Shown one piece after another: positions 32,301-47,500 of a stretch of DNA of 64,000 nt. The position numbers and the translations under genes were made by a program. Origin of the DNA: Paraspadella gotoi (lineage: Eukaryota; Animalia; Chaetognatha); assembly GCA_051294375.1 (NCBI GenBank), contig CM119265.1, forward strand, positions 16,052,896-16,116,895, in the 5' to 3' direction. The notes below the pieces were generated by a model. It made no database searches. It was not told where the DNA came from and saw only the letters and a list, made by a program, of their open reading frames with translations. Positions within the stretch are counted from its first letter, which is position 1. The number at the start of each line of letters is the position of its first letter.

Positions 32301-35300
32301 CCAAGGTTCAAGGCGGAGTCGAATTACGTGTTCAGTTTGAAAGCGAATCCGTCCAAAGAAAAGAGAAGATGAAATCTCATTCGTGTGATTCGCTTTTCAA
32401 AGACAGTTCACGTGATTGATGAGGTTTTTGTGCCAAGTGCCAAGTCGAATGGGCGATGGCCGATAAAATGATTCTGATGGATGTATAAAAAAATAAATGT
32501 TTTTATTTTTTATTGTTTTTTCCCTTTACTTTTTTCCCTCACCACCTTAAATTGACTGAACGATCCAAATAATTATAAATAGTTTAAAATCAATATTCGC
32601 GGTCAAATTTTGAGGTACTCTTCGAGTACTGTTAATACGATTGTGAACCTCAATTGACATTCGGACAAAAATATTCGTATTTTTTTTTTTAAATTCCAAA
32701 ATTATTCCCAACCCGAAATGGCGCCCTAACTGCCGCCCGAACTGGCGCCCAAAATCGGGCTGAAACTCGCGCAAAAAATTCGGCCCTCCCTCGACCCAAA
32801 GTCAACCTTGACGTCGCGACCTTCAGCGTCCAACGTCTCGCGTCTTCGCGTCTAAAATCTCGCCCGCGCTTCAGCCCCTGCGCGTGACCCTCGCCCGTCC
32901 CCGTGTCATTTTACCTTTCGGAATTAAGTTAAATCTTAAAGATTTTATGAGCGACGTTGCTACCAAGTGATCCTGCCACCTTTTTACCTCAACTCTCGAA
33001 CGAAAACTGGGCNNNNNNNNNNNNNNNNNNNNNNNNNNNNNNNNNNNNNNNNNNNNNNNNNNNNNNNNNNNNNNNNNNNNNNNNNNNNNNNNNNNNNNNN
33101 NNNNNNNNNNNNNNNNNNNNNNNNNNNNNNNNNNNNNNNNNNNNNNNNNNNNNNNNNNNNNNNNNNNNNNNNNNNNNNNNNNNNNNNNNNNNNNNNNNNN
33201 NNNNNNNNNNNNNNNNNNNNNNNNNNNNNNNNNNNNNNNNNNNNNNNNNNNNNNNNNNNNNNNNNNNNNNNNNNNNNNNNNNNNNNNNNNNNNNNNNNNN
33301 NNNNNNNNNNNNNNNNNNNNNNNNNNNNNNNNNNNNNNNNNNNNNNNNNNNNNNNNNNNNNNNNNNNNNNNNNNNNNNNNNNNNNNNNNNNNNNNNNNNN
33401 NNNNNNNNNNNNNNNNNNNNNNNNNNNNNNNNNNNNNNNNNNNNNNNNNNNNNNNNNNNNNNNNNNNNNNNNNNNNNNNNTCCGACTCTTGATACCAACT
33501 TATAAATGTTGATGACGGAATTAAACTCTGAACTCGTGACAGAATTATCCGGTCCAAAAAACCTACGCCCTCTAAACTCAAAAACCTTCAATAAAAATGC
33601 CAGAAAAGTTCCCAAGGAACTGACAAACGGAAAAAAAAAATTTAAGACAGGATTATGCTGACAAACATTTGACAGGAGATTTTTTTTTTTTGGACTCTGG
33701 AACGGCGCGAAGTTTTGGCGCGAAAACGGGAGGACGACGACGACATCGACGACGACGAGGACAACGACGACGTCAACGATAATCTTTCTGTCGTCGCCTC
33801 CCTTTGTCTTCCGGTCTCCAGGGGCGCATAATCGAGGTCGTTTTCCAAGTGGCACCAGAGGATGAGAGACACCTCTCCCGCGGACGCCTCCTTCGCTCCA
33901 CTGACTTCTACCTTACCTTCGCGCTTTTCTTTCCTCACCTTCGCTCCNNNNNNNNNNNNNNNNNNNNNNNNNNNNNNNNNNNNNNNNNNNNNNNNNNNNN
34001 NNNNNNNNNNNNNNNNNNNNNNNNNNNNNNNNNNNNNNNNNNNNNNNNNNNNNNNNNNNNNNNNNNNNNNNNNNNNNNNNNNNNNNNNNNNNNNNNNNNN
34101 NNNNNNNNNNNNNNNNNNNNNNNNNNNNNNNNNNNNNNNNNNNNNNNNNNNNNNNNNNNNNNNNNNNNNNNNNNNNNNNNNNNNNNNNNNNNNNNNNNNN
34201 NNNNNNNGATTCAGTAATTCCACTTAATTAATACAAAGCCCCCGTTGGTTATGAAGTATCGAGCCTGACATTATACCCTGGCATAAATCCATTCGGGCGA
34301 AAAGCAACGCCGATAAAACCGACAAGCGGCTCGGCGGCGTCGGCTACGGCTGCCACAGCTTCCTCGTTGCGGTTGCGATGGAATGGTTGAGTCTCTACGA
34401 TTGTAACCAAGTCTTATGCTCGAATCGTTACTATTTTTAACACGATCGAATTTACGTTCAGGCCCTAGTCTGGTGCCAGGTGTAACGGGCGAGCTTGTAG
34501 GCGTGGCGCATTTCACGAAAACAATGACTTTCCGAGAAAATCGTCAACGCCCCCTTCTAAATTTGGAATTGTGGAATGTGGAGGGTGGTGACGACGACAC
34601 AAACAAATGTAACACATGAGCACGCAGACAAAGACGAAGAGGCTTCGACCATGTTATCACCTTAAAATGGGCTTATCATCATAATATTTCCAATTTTACG
34701 ATATATTATTTATATTTTTATTGCGCTTGAAACTAAGTTGATTGCTCATATATAATCATGTTGTTATTTCTATTTAATGTTTGTAACAATTTAATGTTAT
34801 AGTATAATTCCCGATTATGTTATTGGGTTCATTGTAGTCATATGTATTGTTATCATCGTATTTTACCGCTAAAATAAAAAAATAATGGTCAGATAGGAGA
34901 TATCCATAAAAGATATCATAAAACTTCCACCTCTGTGTACAGACATTTTACAACACTTATTCAAATATGTTTATTTTCCAAGCCCAAACAGTACGATAAA
35001 AAAGCGAAGGAAAATAGTTATAGAAAGAAAAGAGATGAAGATGACGACAACGAAGAGTATCTCCCGTCGCCTCACCAAGAGCGTTTTTCTGCCTTAGAAT
35101 CCATTACGAAAAGGGGATAGCGGAGAAGCCGATTTCCTACGTGAAGCGACACCAGCGCCCGATGCGTCCTGTTATAAACCTTCCAAGACGCTATACGATT
35201 TTAATTGCGCGGAAAGGAAAGAAAGAATTGTAGCGACCCCAGGGAATAGAGTCCCGAAGAAAAAGGACTCGACTGGCGGAGAGGAATTGAGAAGAGAAAT

Positions 35301-35642
35301 ATTTTGCAGAGATGGTTTTGAGGGGAAAATGGGCCGAACACCTTCGCGGGTGCAACGGATTAATGGATTGTTGCTTCGTGATTCTGCGAGAAAAGGACCC
35401 GGACTAATGGGCATTGGGGATGGAAGTGAGAGATTGGGCCGACAACACAAAGGGGGAGAATGATTTTCCAGAGGGAGAGAGAGAGAACGCGGCGGTAACT
35501 GCAAGCCCGCCGAAAAAAAAATTAGGGTGGGGGGGAAGAGAGATTCCTTCTCGAGGAGGAATTGTAAAATTTCCTTCGGTGTTTTACTACTGACGCGTTG
35601 ACGCAGGACTTTCAAAATTTACATGGAAGGGAGAGAGAAGAG

Positions 35643-35688
<46 letters not shown>

Positions 35689-38541
35689 AGACGAGAGGGA
35701 GGAGATGAGAAGAAGAGAGAGAAAGAGAAGAGGAGAGTCGTCCGGATTTGCCGAGGAATTCGAACAAAACTGCGGCCCCCGACTCGCTGGCTATTGGCTC
35801 GTCGGCCGCAAAAAGCAAGCGCTTTTTTTTTTTTATAAATTTTCACGTTCATTCACTTTTTTCTTTTTGAAGTGAGGTGGACTTTTCTTTCACCAATCGC
35901 CACTGGCCTTGGCTCCGCGTTAGTCAAAGATGGATACCCAACCCTTCTCACAATGACGAGGTCTAGGTTTTTGGTAGAGGTGAGGAGGGAATTCTCCCGA
36001 CGCAGAGACAGAGACAGCTGATTCCTGAGAAAGATGCGGCAATATTCCCAAGATTTAAATACTGAATGGAATTCTTTCCGACGGTTGAATTCCGCTTAAC
36101 TCGGGATTGAACGAAACCATGACAACCGTTTGGGAATCGTGCTACTTAATACCAAATTAAACAAAAAAAATTTTAAAAAAGGATAGTTATTTTTAGCCTT
36201 CATAATGTTTTGTTGTTGGCAGTAGATAAATAAGTTGATGGAATTGTACATAAGTTAGTTAAAATTAATTTTTGTGACCACCGACGAGGAGGAGTGGAAA
36301 TTTTATTGCAATTCCATTTTTTCCGATTTTCATCCGAGGCAACAATCGTTTGACCGCTAGGAGGCGTGAGCTGCTCAAGGACGATAGAGGAGGACGATGA
36401 CTGGCATGAGGCCGACGAGGGCGTGCTAGCGCACGAGGGATGTTCGGTTGAGCTGCGGAGGCGGAGTACTGAGGAGGCGCGAGGAGCAATCCCCCGGAGA
36501 AGACGAAGGAAGAAGACTCTTTTTTTTTTTTCGCCCAGGATTCCACGTCGCTGCTCTTGTCAGAATTTAAATCAAAATGTTCGAATTTTTAAAAAAAAAA
36601 TTTTCGCATGGTTTAACAGACATTTTGTACCTCTTCCAGAGTGAGCGGTCGAATCTATTTTTTACACTAGATTTTAATATTTTTTTGTAGTTATTTTTCG
36701 TTTCGTTGGCGTTTTTGAAAAATTTAAAGTGAAGGAAAAGAGTTTTTATTGAGTTTCAACAACGATTAAATTCGGACCATGGTTTTGGCGCTGATGAAAG
36801 GTCGCCAATAAGAACATGTCCCCGCATATTAAATAATAATCCGTTGTTGGAAACTCATATTAAAAACTCTTTTACTTTGCAAACAAAGAATAACATCATA
36901 ATGAAAAATTCAAACAAAAATTCAAAAACATCTCATTGCGATTACTTCGCACGACATAGGGAATAGCAAGGTAGTAAATAATTGCAAAAAAATTATAATC
37001 AAACTTACTTTCCGAAAATGAGCTCTCCACCCTTTTTTCCCCAACCGACCTCCAAAACGAAATCCGGTCGGTTACCCGGCTCAGTGGTTCCCACCACTAC
37101 AAAAACGAGCTCTCGTCCTCCGTTCGCAGTAACAACAAGCGGGCTATAGACTTCTCAGTATGTGGGAGATCTCCGACCCAGCAGCATCCACACGAAAAAC
37201 CAAGAAATCCGAAAATTAGTCCTCACCCCTGCCCAGCTGCCCCCCCGCCTCCCGAATTTCTCCCGCCTTCAGTCTTTTGTTTATCCCCCCACGCGGACCG
37301 AAGATAATCCGGAGTGGGAAGCGGAGAGTTGGGGGATGGGTGAAGTGGGGGAAGAGTTGGGGTGGAGGGAGGGGTGTTCGAGAGCCAAGGTTCAAGGCGG
37401 AGTCGAATTTACGTGTTCAGTTTGAAAGCGAATCTCGTCCAATAGAAAAGAGGAAGATTGAAATCTCTTCGTGTTGATTCGCTTTTAAAGTACAAAGTTT
37501 CACGTGATTGATTGATTTTTGTGCCAAGTTGCCAAGTTGAATCGAATTGGGCGCATGGCCGATAAAAATGATTCTGATGGATGTTTATAAAAAAATAAAT
37601 GTTTTTATTTTTATCTGTTTTTTTCCCTTTACTTTTTTCCATCTCACCACCTTAAATTGACCTGAACCCGATCCAAATAAGCCAAACTCTTATAAAATAG
37701 TTTAAAAGATCAATATTCGCGGTCATAATTTGAGGGTACTCTTCGAGTACTGTTAATACGATTGTGGAAACCTCCCAATTGACCATTCGGGGAGCAAAAA
37801 TATTCGCGTATTTTTTTTTTAAATTCCAAAATTTATTCCCAACCCGAAATGGCGCCCGCTAACTGCCTCCCGAAACATGGGCGCCCAAAAATCGGGCTGA
37901 AACTCGCCCCGCAAAAATTTCGGCCTCCCTCGACCCAAAGTCAACCTTACGTTCGCGACCTTCAGCGTCCAAGCGTCTCGCGTCCTAGTCGCGTACAATC
38001 AAAATCTCGCCCGCGCTTCAGCCAGCCCCTGCGCGTGGGACCCTCGGCCCGGTCGCCCGTGTCATTTTACCTTTCGAATTAAGGTTAAATCTTAAAGATT
38101 TTGATGCGACCGTTGCTATCCAAGTTGATCCTGCCACCTTTTCTTACCTCCAACTCGACTCTTCGAACGCAAACAACTGGGCGATTTTGCAATTATAGCC
38201 GTCTGCATCCTCTAGCCATTGAACGACCCGCGCACCCGCCCCTCGCGCCCCCCTCATTCTCTCTCTCATCTCTCTCTCCTCTCTCCTTCTCTCTCTCTCT
38301 CCCTCTCTTCTCTCTCTCTCTTCTTCTCTCTTCTCTCTCTCTCTCTCTCCCAACCGATTGTTCAAAACGGAATTCCGTCCGTCTGCAAATGAATAAAACA
38401 TTTTTTCGCCCCCCGGGTTTCCCTTTTTGTTGGGTTTTGCTTTGGATGAGAGAGATGAGAGCGAGACCTGAGATGGAGATGAAGAGACCGAGAGAGGAGA
38501 GAGAGGGAGAGAGAGAGAGTACGGAGATACTGAGAAGCGAC

Positions 38542-38573
<32 letters not shown>

Positions 38574-39248
38574 CGAGAGAGAGAGTACCTGAGGATGAGA
38601 GGAGAGAGGAGAGAAGAGAGAGAGAGAGAGATAAATTATCTTCCGTTGTACCAAAAGGCCCGGAGAACCGAAAACTCGGAGCGACAAAAAACTCTTTATA
38701 CTCGCCGTCCGAAAAAAAAAAAAAAAATTTCCGACTCTTTGATACCAACTTATAAATGTTGGATGACCGGAATTAACCTCTGAACTCGTGACAGAATTAT
38801 CCGCTTCCAAAACCAACGCCCTTCTTAATACTCAAAACCTTCAATAAAAATGCCAGAAAAGTTCCAAGGAAACTGGACAAACCGGAAAAAAAAAAAAAAT
38901 TTAAGACAGGATTATGCTGACCAAACATTGACAGGAGATTGTTTTTTGGACTCCTGGAACGGCCCGCGAAGTTTTTGGCGCGAACGGTAGAGCGACCCGA
39001 CGACCCCGACATCGACGACTACGGGAGCGACAACGACGACGTCCAACCGATAAATTCTTTCTGCGGTCGCCCTCCCTGTCTTCCGGTTCTCCAGGGGCGC
39101 AAATCCCGAGGGTACGTTTTTCCAAGTCGCACCAGAGGATGAGAGACACCTCTCCCGCGGACCCTCCTTCGCTTCCACTGACTTCTACCCTTACCTTCGC
39201 GCTTTCTTCCTCACCTTCGCTCCTTACCTCGCTGAGCCTCGGGGTTAA

Positions 39249-39291
<43 letters not shown>

Positions 39292-39812
39292 CTCTCTCTC
39301 TCTCTCTCTCTCTCTACTCTCTCTCTCTCTCTCTCTCCTCCTCTCCTCTTCTCACATCGAGCGGTTCCAATTTTAAATAAACCATTGATATCCCTAGTTT
39401 CTCTTGGTTCAGTTCTTCAGCAGCCGCGTGATTCAGTAATCCACTTAATAAACCAAAGCCCCCCCGTTGTTATGAAGTATCGAGCCTGACAATTATACCC
39501 TGCATAAATCCATTCGGGTCGAAAAGCAACGCCGATAAAACCGACAAGCCGGCTCGGCGGCGTCGGCTACGGCTGCCACAGCTTCCTCGTGTGCGGTTGC
39601 GATGGACATCCGGTTGAGTCGTCTAGATTGTAACAAGTCTTATGCTCGGAGACGCGTATACTTATTCTTAACACGTAGTTTCTCGAATTTTACGTTAGTG
39701 CCCTAGTTCTGGATGCCAGAGTTGTAACTGCGCGCGAGCTTGTAGGCGGTTGGCGCTTTCACGAAAACAATGACTTTCCGAGGAAAATCGTCAACGCCCC
39801 CCTTCTAAATTT
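29309..39812 (+). repeat. Head-to-tail ~5.25-kb duplication A/A' (29309-34564 and 34565-39812)
   Basis: Both copies begin TGTGGAATGTGGAGGGTGGTGACGACGAC and end CGTCAACGCCCC(C)TTCTAAATTT. The first has N-gaps; the second is gap-free and insertion-rich. Confidence 0.92.
31366..31623. other. Long inverted repeat / hairpin (47-bp arms, 25-nt loop); second copy at about 36736-36873
   Basis: Left arm AAAAGAGTTTTTATTGAGTTTCAACAACGATTAATATCGGACATGTT (31366-31412). Right arm AACATGTCCGATATTA[N-gap]AACTCAATAAAAACTCTTTT. The noisy duplicate fills the gap with about 20 nt resembling ATCGTTGTTGA. Confidence 0.8.
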
Positions 39813-39813
39813 T

Positions 39814-40607
39814 CAAGAAAAAGCAAACAAAAGGCGAAAGACTCAAAGATTTCCTATGATAGGGGTATTCATCAGGAGATAACAATTATTTGTGGAATCT
39901 TTTATTGTTGCATTGAAATATCGGTAATTTAATTCGAGACGGATTTTAGTTTGGCTTCTTCAAAATTTTAAATGTGCGAATTTCAAAAACCAGGCCAATG
40001 CTTTACGCAATAAACTAAAAAGGTAAAAACAAGTAAAAAAATGCCGAACCAAGAATCTTCTCAAATCTTTTCCGCTTCAAAATCCTAAATAAACAATGGG
40101 AAATAAAAATCCCACAAAAAAAAAACCCTTAGCCCCTAGCTTCGTCGAAGCGAAGAAGGCTTTCGTTCCAGAAAAAAAAAAGAAGGAAAGAAGTTGAATT
40201 TCAGCCGGAGAAAAAAAATGGCTGGAGATGAAAAGAAAAGAATAAAAATTATGAAGGAAATAAAAAGGAAGGAAATGAAAAATTGAAAGAGCATTAAATT
40301 TTTAATTGAAGGAGAGAAAAAGTATTCGTCTCGTCTTTCCGTTTAACTTAGCATCTTTCATTAAAAAAAAAAAAAGGAAAGAAGGAGTTGTTATTTCTTA
40401 AAATGTCACTTTAATAGCAACCCACGTTGATGCTCTAGATATTATAATGTGGCCGTCATTGAAAAAGGCAGGTCTTCTGGTCTGGGCTTTCTCATTCCAT
40501 ATGTTAGTACGCGTTTCTTATCTTTTTTTTTCTTTTTGATTTCCTGCCTCTCAAGGACATGTTTTTGTCTTGCCCCCATCATCTCTTCCTCCTCTCTCTC
40601 TCTCTCT

Positions 40608-40638
<31 letters not shown>

Positions 40639-43600
40639 AACTCTCTCTCTCTCTCCATCTCTCTCTCTCCAGTCTCTCTTCCGAGATATCTCTGTCTTCA
40701 TTCCTCGAGTATCCCGTTAATTCTTGACGGTTCCCTCTAGATGAGCTTTCGAGCATTACAAAGGATGGCGCCAGAGCTCCATTCGCTTGCTTCCTCGCGC
40801 CGCGTCGCGGCTCGCGGTTGTACGTGGCCATCCACGTTTTCCAGAGAATTCTTTAGTCTCGTCCGTGTCGTCGTCGTCGTCGGTCTCGCCGCCCACCCCA
40901 GCCGAAAACCTCCATAAGAAACTTTGCTGGACCCGCGTTACAGTTGTCGACAAGACAAAGATCTCGCTGTGGACGATAGATTATGGATTAAAGTTCATTT
41001 TTAAGATTACATGTAAAGAAATGCTGGTGAAGATTATTCCTTTGCTTAAGTGTTTCTCCATAAACAAAACTTCTTTATCAATAATCTAGCATTCATGACT
41101 GAAAAAGAGAAAAGCTTCGCGAGGCGCGTGAATTTTTGGAGCTTGATATAATTTTTTAACCGAAACAGTTATATTTTCCCAAGAGAAGTTATTAAGCGAC
41201 CCCGGCTAGTTGTTGGTTACATGTGTTTTTATAATGAATGGTATTGATTAATAAAAAATACCTTTTTTTGTCGCTGAAGATTGAAAACATAACTTATAAC
41301 AGCATCAGATTTCACAGAAACGAATATCTCTTCAACGACGATAACAAATTGTGTCAGCAAAAAAATAACAAACTTGGTTTTCCAAAAAAGCCCTTTATTA
41401 AGGTTAGTCGGTAGCCGACCAAATTCAAATTTAATGGTGGAACATGCATTAAATAATCCATATTCGGTATTTAATTATGTGTTTAAAATATTTTTTTTGC
41501 CAAAAATGTTCGAATCCATAGAATTCGTCCTAATTAATATTATTATATTGCTATATAATGTAAAAATTCTTTTTTAGCATATTTTAAGTTTTTTAATTGT
41601 ACTCGTATAGAAGTTAAAAAGTTACAGCAAAAATATAAATACAAACTTTTTAAAAAATCTTTGAGGTTTTTATTCTAATAACTTAAGGTTAGAAAACTGC
41701 TAAAATCATCGATGATGATGATGATTGAATAGAATTTTTATCAGGTTTTTTTTCAATTTTAAACCCACTTAATCATCAAAATATGAAAAAAAAATTATAC
41801 TTTGTCTGTAGATAACTTTTTATAAGCTATCTTGAATCTGCTTTTTTAAAAATACATAAAATTCCAAAAACAATTCTTTTTGACATTTCGCCTCACCTCT
41901 ATAAAATTACAAATATTAAACAAACTTAATTACTAATGCTTCTTGCCATTTTAGAAAAAATTCTTGCGCTCCATTGAAAGTTTTCTCCAGGATAAATGTA
42001 TGAGAGTTTGTCTCATTTTGGAAGTTGCCCAAATACAACTTGAACATTGTAACCCCCACCCCCATTGACGAAGTTTGGCTCTAATAAGGGGTAGGAAGTA
42101 AAAAGGAAAGTGAAATAGGGAGTTGACGAGGGATAGAGGAGAGGGAGAATGCCATATGTATGAGTCACAAGGTNNNNNNNNNNNNNNNNNNNNNNNNNTA
42201 CAAGAAAAAGCAAACAAAAGGCGAAAGACTCAACAGATTCCTATGATAGCGGATTCATTCAGGAGATAAACAATATTTGTGGAATCTTTTTATTGTTGCA
42301 TTGAGAATATCGTAATTTAATTTCGATTGACGGATTTTAGTTTGCTTCTTCAAAATTTTAAATATGTGCGAATTTTCAAAAACCAGGCCAATGCTTACGC
42401 AATAAACTAAAAAGTAAAAAAAAGTAAAAAAATTCACGAACAAGAATCTTCTCAAATTTTTCCGCTTTCAAAATCCTAAATAAAACAAATGGAAATAAAA
42501 ATCCCACGAAAAAAAAAACCCTTAGCCACAGCTCGTCGAAGCGAAGAAGGCTTCTCGTCCTTAGAAAAAAAAAAGGAAGGAAGAAGTTGAATTTACAGCC
42601 GGAGAAAAAAAATGGCTTGAGATGAAAAGAAAAGAATAAAATATGAAGGAAAATAAAAAGGAAGGAAATGAAAAAAAATAGAGCCATTAAATTTTTAATT
42701 TGAAGGAGAGAAAAAGTAGTTCGTCTTCGTCTTCCCGTTTAACTTAGCATCTTCATTAAAAAAAAAAAAAGGAAAGGAAGGGTTGTTTATTTCTTAAAAT
42801 GTTCTTAGACATTATATAGTAACTCACCTGATTAATATTATTGTGGCCGTCATTGAAAAGCAGGTCTTCTGGTCTGGGCTTTCTCATTTCCTATCATGTT
42901 TAGTACGCGCTTTCTTATCTTTTTTCTTTCTTTTTGATTTTCCTGCTCTTCAGACATGTTTTTGTCTTGCCTGCCCATCATTCTTCCTCTCTCTCTCTTC
43001 TCTCTTCTACATCTCTCTCTCTCTCTCTCTCTCTTAACTCTCTCTCTCTCTCCTCTCTTCTCTCCGTCTTCTTCCGTACTTGATATCTCTGTCTCATTCC
43101 TCCGAATCCGTTAATTTTGACGGAGTCCCTCTAGATGAGTTTCGACATTACAAAGAGATGGCGCCAGACGACTCCATCGCCTTGCTTCGCGCCGCAGGCG
43201 TCGCGGCTTCCGCGTGTCTTGTACGTGGCCTCCACGTTTTCCAGAGAATTCTTTAGTCTCGTCTCGTCGTCGTCGTCGGGTCTCGCCGCCACCAGGCCGA
43301 AAACCTCCATTAAGAAACTTGCTGGACCCGCCGTTACAGTTGTCGACAGACAACGATCCTCGCTCGTGCGACTAGCATGTATGGATTCAAAGTTTATTTT
43401 AAAGATACATGTCTAAAGAAAATGCTGGTGAAGATTATTCCTTGTTAAGGTTTTTCCGGATAAACAAACTTCTTTTAATAATCTAGCATTTCATGACTGA
43501 AAAGAGAAAAGTTCGAGACTGCGCGTGAATTTTTGGCTGTAATTATAATTTTTTACCGAAACAGTTATATTCCCAAGAGAAGTTATTTAAGCTACCCGGT

Positions 43601-44556
43601 TAGTGTTGGATTAAATGTTGTTTTTATCAATGAATCTGGTATTGATTAATAAAAATAACTCCTTTTTTTGCGCTGAAGATTGAAAACATAATATAACCAG
43701 CATCAGATTTCACAGAAACGAATTATCTCTTCAACGACGATAGAACAAATTGTGTCAGCAAAAAAGAATAAAAACCTGGTTTCAAAAAGCCCTTTATTAA
43801 GGTAGACGGTAGCCGACCAAAATTCAAATTATTTCAATGGGACAGCCATTAAAATAATCCATATTGCGGTATTAATTATGTGTTTAAAATATTTTTTTTG
43901 CAAAACATGTTCGAATCCATGAGAATTCGCCAATTAATATTATTATACTTGCTATATAATGTAAAAAATTTTTTTTTAGCATATTTTAAGTTTTTTAATT
44001 TACTCGTATAGGAGTTAAAAAGTTACAGCAAAAACTATAATAACAGACTTCTTTAAAAATGCTTTGAGGCTTTATTTACTAAAAATTTTAGTAAAAACTG
44101 CTAAATCATCGATGATGATGATGATTGAAGAATTTTTTCAGGTTTTTTTTCAATTTAAACCCACTTAGATCATCAAATATGAAAAAAAAATTATACTTTG
44201 TTGTAGATAACTTTTTATAAGCTATTTGAAATCTGCTTTTTTAAAAATACAAAAATTCCAAAAAATTTTTGACATTTCCCTACTCTATAAATATAAAATA
44301 TTAAACAAAATTAATTACTAATGCTTTGCCCATTTTAGAAAAAATTTTTCGCCTCACATTGAAACGTTTTCTCCAGAAATGTATGAAGTTTTTCATTTTG
44401 GAAAGGTGCCCCAAATACAATAACAATTCTGTAACCACCATCCCCATTGACGAAGTTGGCTCTAATAAGGGGAGGAAGTAAAAAGGGAAAGTGAAATAGG
44501 GAGTCCGACCGGGAATGCAGAAGAGTGGGAATGCCATATGTATGAGTTCACAAGGT
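39814..44556 (+). repeat. Head-to-tail ~2.36-kb duplication B/B' (39814-42173 and 42201-44556) separated by an N-gap
   Basis: Both begin CAAGAAAAAGCAAACAAAAGGCGAAAGACTCAA and end ATGCCATATGTATGAGT(T)CACAAGGT. Confidence 0.92.
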
Positions 44557-47500
44557 TTCATTCAGTCGTGAGTCCGATTTCATCTTTGAAAGTTTCAAAA
44601 CATATTTTTTTTTCTTCATTTCACACACGTTTGAGCGCGAACGGACTATTTTAAAACAGTTTTTTTGGAAAATCTTCTGCCTCGCGAAGTTTCAGGGTTT
44701 TCTTTAGACATTCGGAATTTACTCTTCGATGGTTTCATACTTTTATTGATCTTAAAAAATAAACCTGCAAAACAGGAAGGAGGAAAATTGTTCGATGCAT
44801 CATGGAAAATATGTAGTTATATACCTCCAAAGATCAAAACCATTGAAAAATGATTTCTATACAAACCACCCAAAAAGTATTTCCTTTGTCTTGGGAAACT
44901 GCTAGAGGAAACCGAAAATCACTCGGTCTTTTACCTCGTTCAAGGACAGGACCTCAAATAGCATTTATATATTGTAAGATATTTTTTATTTCTTCAAACT
45001 GTCAAAAAGTCTCGTTTCTTTGCGCTCACGACCCCGCCTTCTTAGGGGCGCTAACCCTCTAAGGAGACGACACTTTGGAACGTCGAAACACGCCCAACTT
45101 CTATGAGACTTTTTATCGCTGCGTCGCTCGCAAACCAATCGCCTTGCTGCAACGGGCGAGTCAACCAAGATACACCGTATAGTTACTATGAGGGGGTAGG
45201 TGTACGAGGAAAACCAATATACGTTCTTTCCAACCCGGATTCTCAAGGTGGCGGGGGTTAGGGAGAAAGACGAAACATCGTATCTGATCTGTATCGGACC
45301 GCACCGACCCGACCCGACGACAAGGCGTAGCGACCGTTGGGAACGATCGATTGATCTGACAGTACGAATGAGAATACGCACGACTCTTTTTGGACGATCC
45401 CGTTCCACTACGATCGCTCGCTGTCAACCTCGGCTATCACAAGCGGTGAATATGATTCCTCATATTCCTCTCCTCTCCTCCTCTCATCTCATACATTCTC
45501 TCTCATCTCTCTCTCTCCTCTCTCTTCTCTCCTGCTCTCTACTCTCTCTACTCTGACTCATGTGAGCTCGATCTCTCTCTCAATCTCCTCTCTCCTGTCT
45601 ACTCTCTCTATCTCCATACTCTACATCTACATCATACTACTACTGCTCCCATCATATAACATCCCACATCCCTCTCACTTCATCCGGATGCCGCTCCTCA
45701 TCCTGCGGCCGTTGTGTTGCGTCTCTCCGGGTGTTCGACGCGAAGTTAATGACGGTGGCAGTGCCACAGTTCCCCGTATGAGACTCCTCTCTGCCGACAC
45801 GAAGGTGGACCCAACATCCATCGCGCGCCCGACGCAACGCGACAATCTTCTCCCTCGTCCTCGCGGCTTTCGCACCACGACTCCCTGTTGCGCTTGCACG
45901 TAGTGGCGTGCTGACCTTCGCACGAATGACACCATGTGCGATTGGCTAACCATCGCTAGCTCCGAACCAAACTTTTTAAGATCCAAGTACGTTTCCGACA
46001 TTAACTTTCGCGTTCACTTCTGCAGTAAGCGCCCACAAAGTGCAATCGCGTAGAACATTTGCCAGCATAACAGCACTTATGGCCCTTACCACCGTTGGCG
46101 CAAAAAACCCAAACTCTTACACGCCTGGCCCAACTCGCGCCTAACTGGTTTCCGCAGCCACGCGTGTCCTTGCTTCGCGCCCATTTGTCTACGGAGGTTG
46201 TCCCCCATTCCCCTTCGCTTCTTTATCTAAGGTTGTCCGTTGCATCCCCGCGCCCTGTCAAAACACTTTGGAGGGGGAGTCCAGACCCATTTAAATACAA
46301 AGATAAAAATAAATATAAATATAGTTGAATTAATTCTCTATAATGTTAGTTTCTGATTCCGCGCTCTTACCATTTCTATAGAGGATTATCCAAATTCAAC
46401 CATCTTACTTGACCAAATGATTACATCTCAATCCATTGAAAAATTCAAGACTTAGCCGCGCAAAAAAAAAGAGAAGAAGGGGAAAGAGAGTAGAATACAA
46501 CCAACAGTAGGATAGGGCTAGCTTGTGCCGATGGAGTACAGTAGCGAAAAAGACTGCGACTTCTTCCGCCAACCCAACGTCCTTCTGTTTTCTTTTTGAG
46601 GTAGTTTTTCTCCCGTTGGCCGCTCAATCGAAGACACGTGACCCATATTTTTATGATCCTTCCTTCCACTTTTCTTCCTTCTCGTCTCCTCCCATCCTTC
46701 CTTCTCTCAACCTTTATCTCCCTTTTATGTCTCAGTGCGTTGTTCTTCACACCACGATTTCAGATGGTTCTAGAAGAGCAGAGTCTATTTCTCTTTCTTG
46801 TCTATTCTTCTTGCATCTTCGTTTGCTGTCAGTTTACTGCAGTAGCTCAGACCTGACTGTTGTAAATCCGACAAAGAGGATATATAGTTTGTGATAATTA
46901 ACAACCTCGAATATATGTACACTCTATGTGTTCAATATGTGCTTCTCATCTGTGCGGTCGTAAGCGTAGACTCCCCAAAACACCCTCCTCCTCACCCTCC
47001 TCCCACGTAAGACTATTTCCTCCTTGTTGCGGACCGAGAATGCTCTCTTAACCCGGCACATCAGCACGTCACAATAAGGACACATCGAGCGAAGACGGAG
47101 CCGGCACTTTGCACTATTAAATTTTCGCTATCTCTGTTATCTTCGTCTCGTAGAATCGTTTCTAAAAATTCCAACGCGTTCGAATGTGTGAAAATCACAT
47201 TTTCGATTGCTTTCCAATTCTATAGAACATTGTCTCTCGATAAACCACTAAAATTTATAATATCTACCATCAGTTAAATTTCCATATGCGGTCCTTGCGC
47301 GCTCCCGTTTCGGGACTTGAAAGAAAAAAGCGAGAACGAAAAGAAAGAAAAGAGAAAAAAGAAGCAGAAAAAAAACAATATAGATTCTAATCAAGCGCTA
47401 AAAGTTAAAGCGTCTAATTTCTCCCCCCCAATTTAAAAGAACCCTCGTTGACACCTCCAGCACCAATGTGAGGTGGGGGTGACAGCCGTTGAAACAAGGA

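Noticed and set aside
39845-39880. Minus-strand CTGATGA...GAAA as a hammerhead ribozyme
   Set aside because: Stem II geometry is non-canonical and no stems I/III were found.
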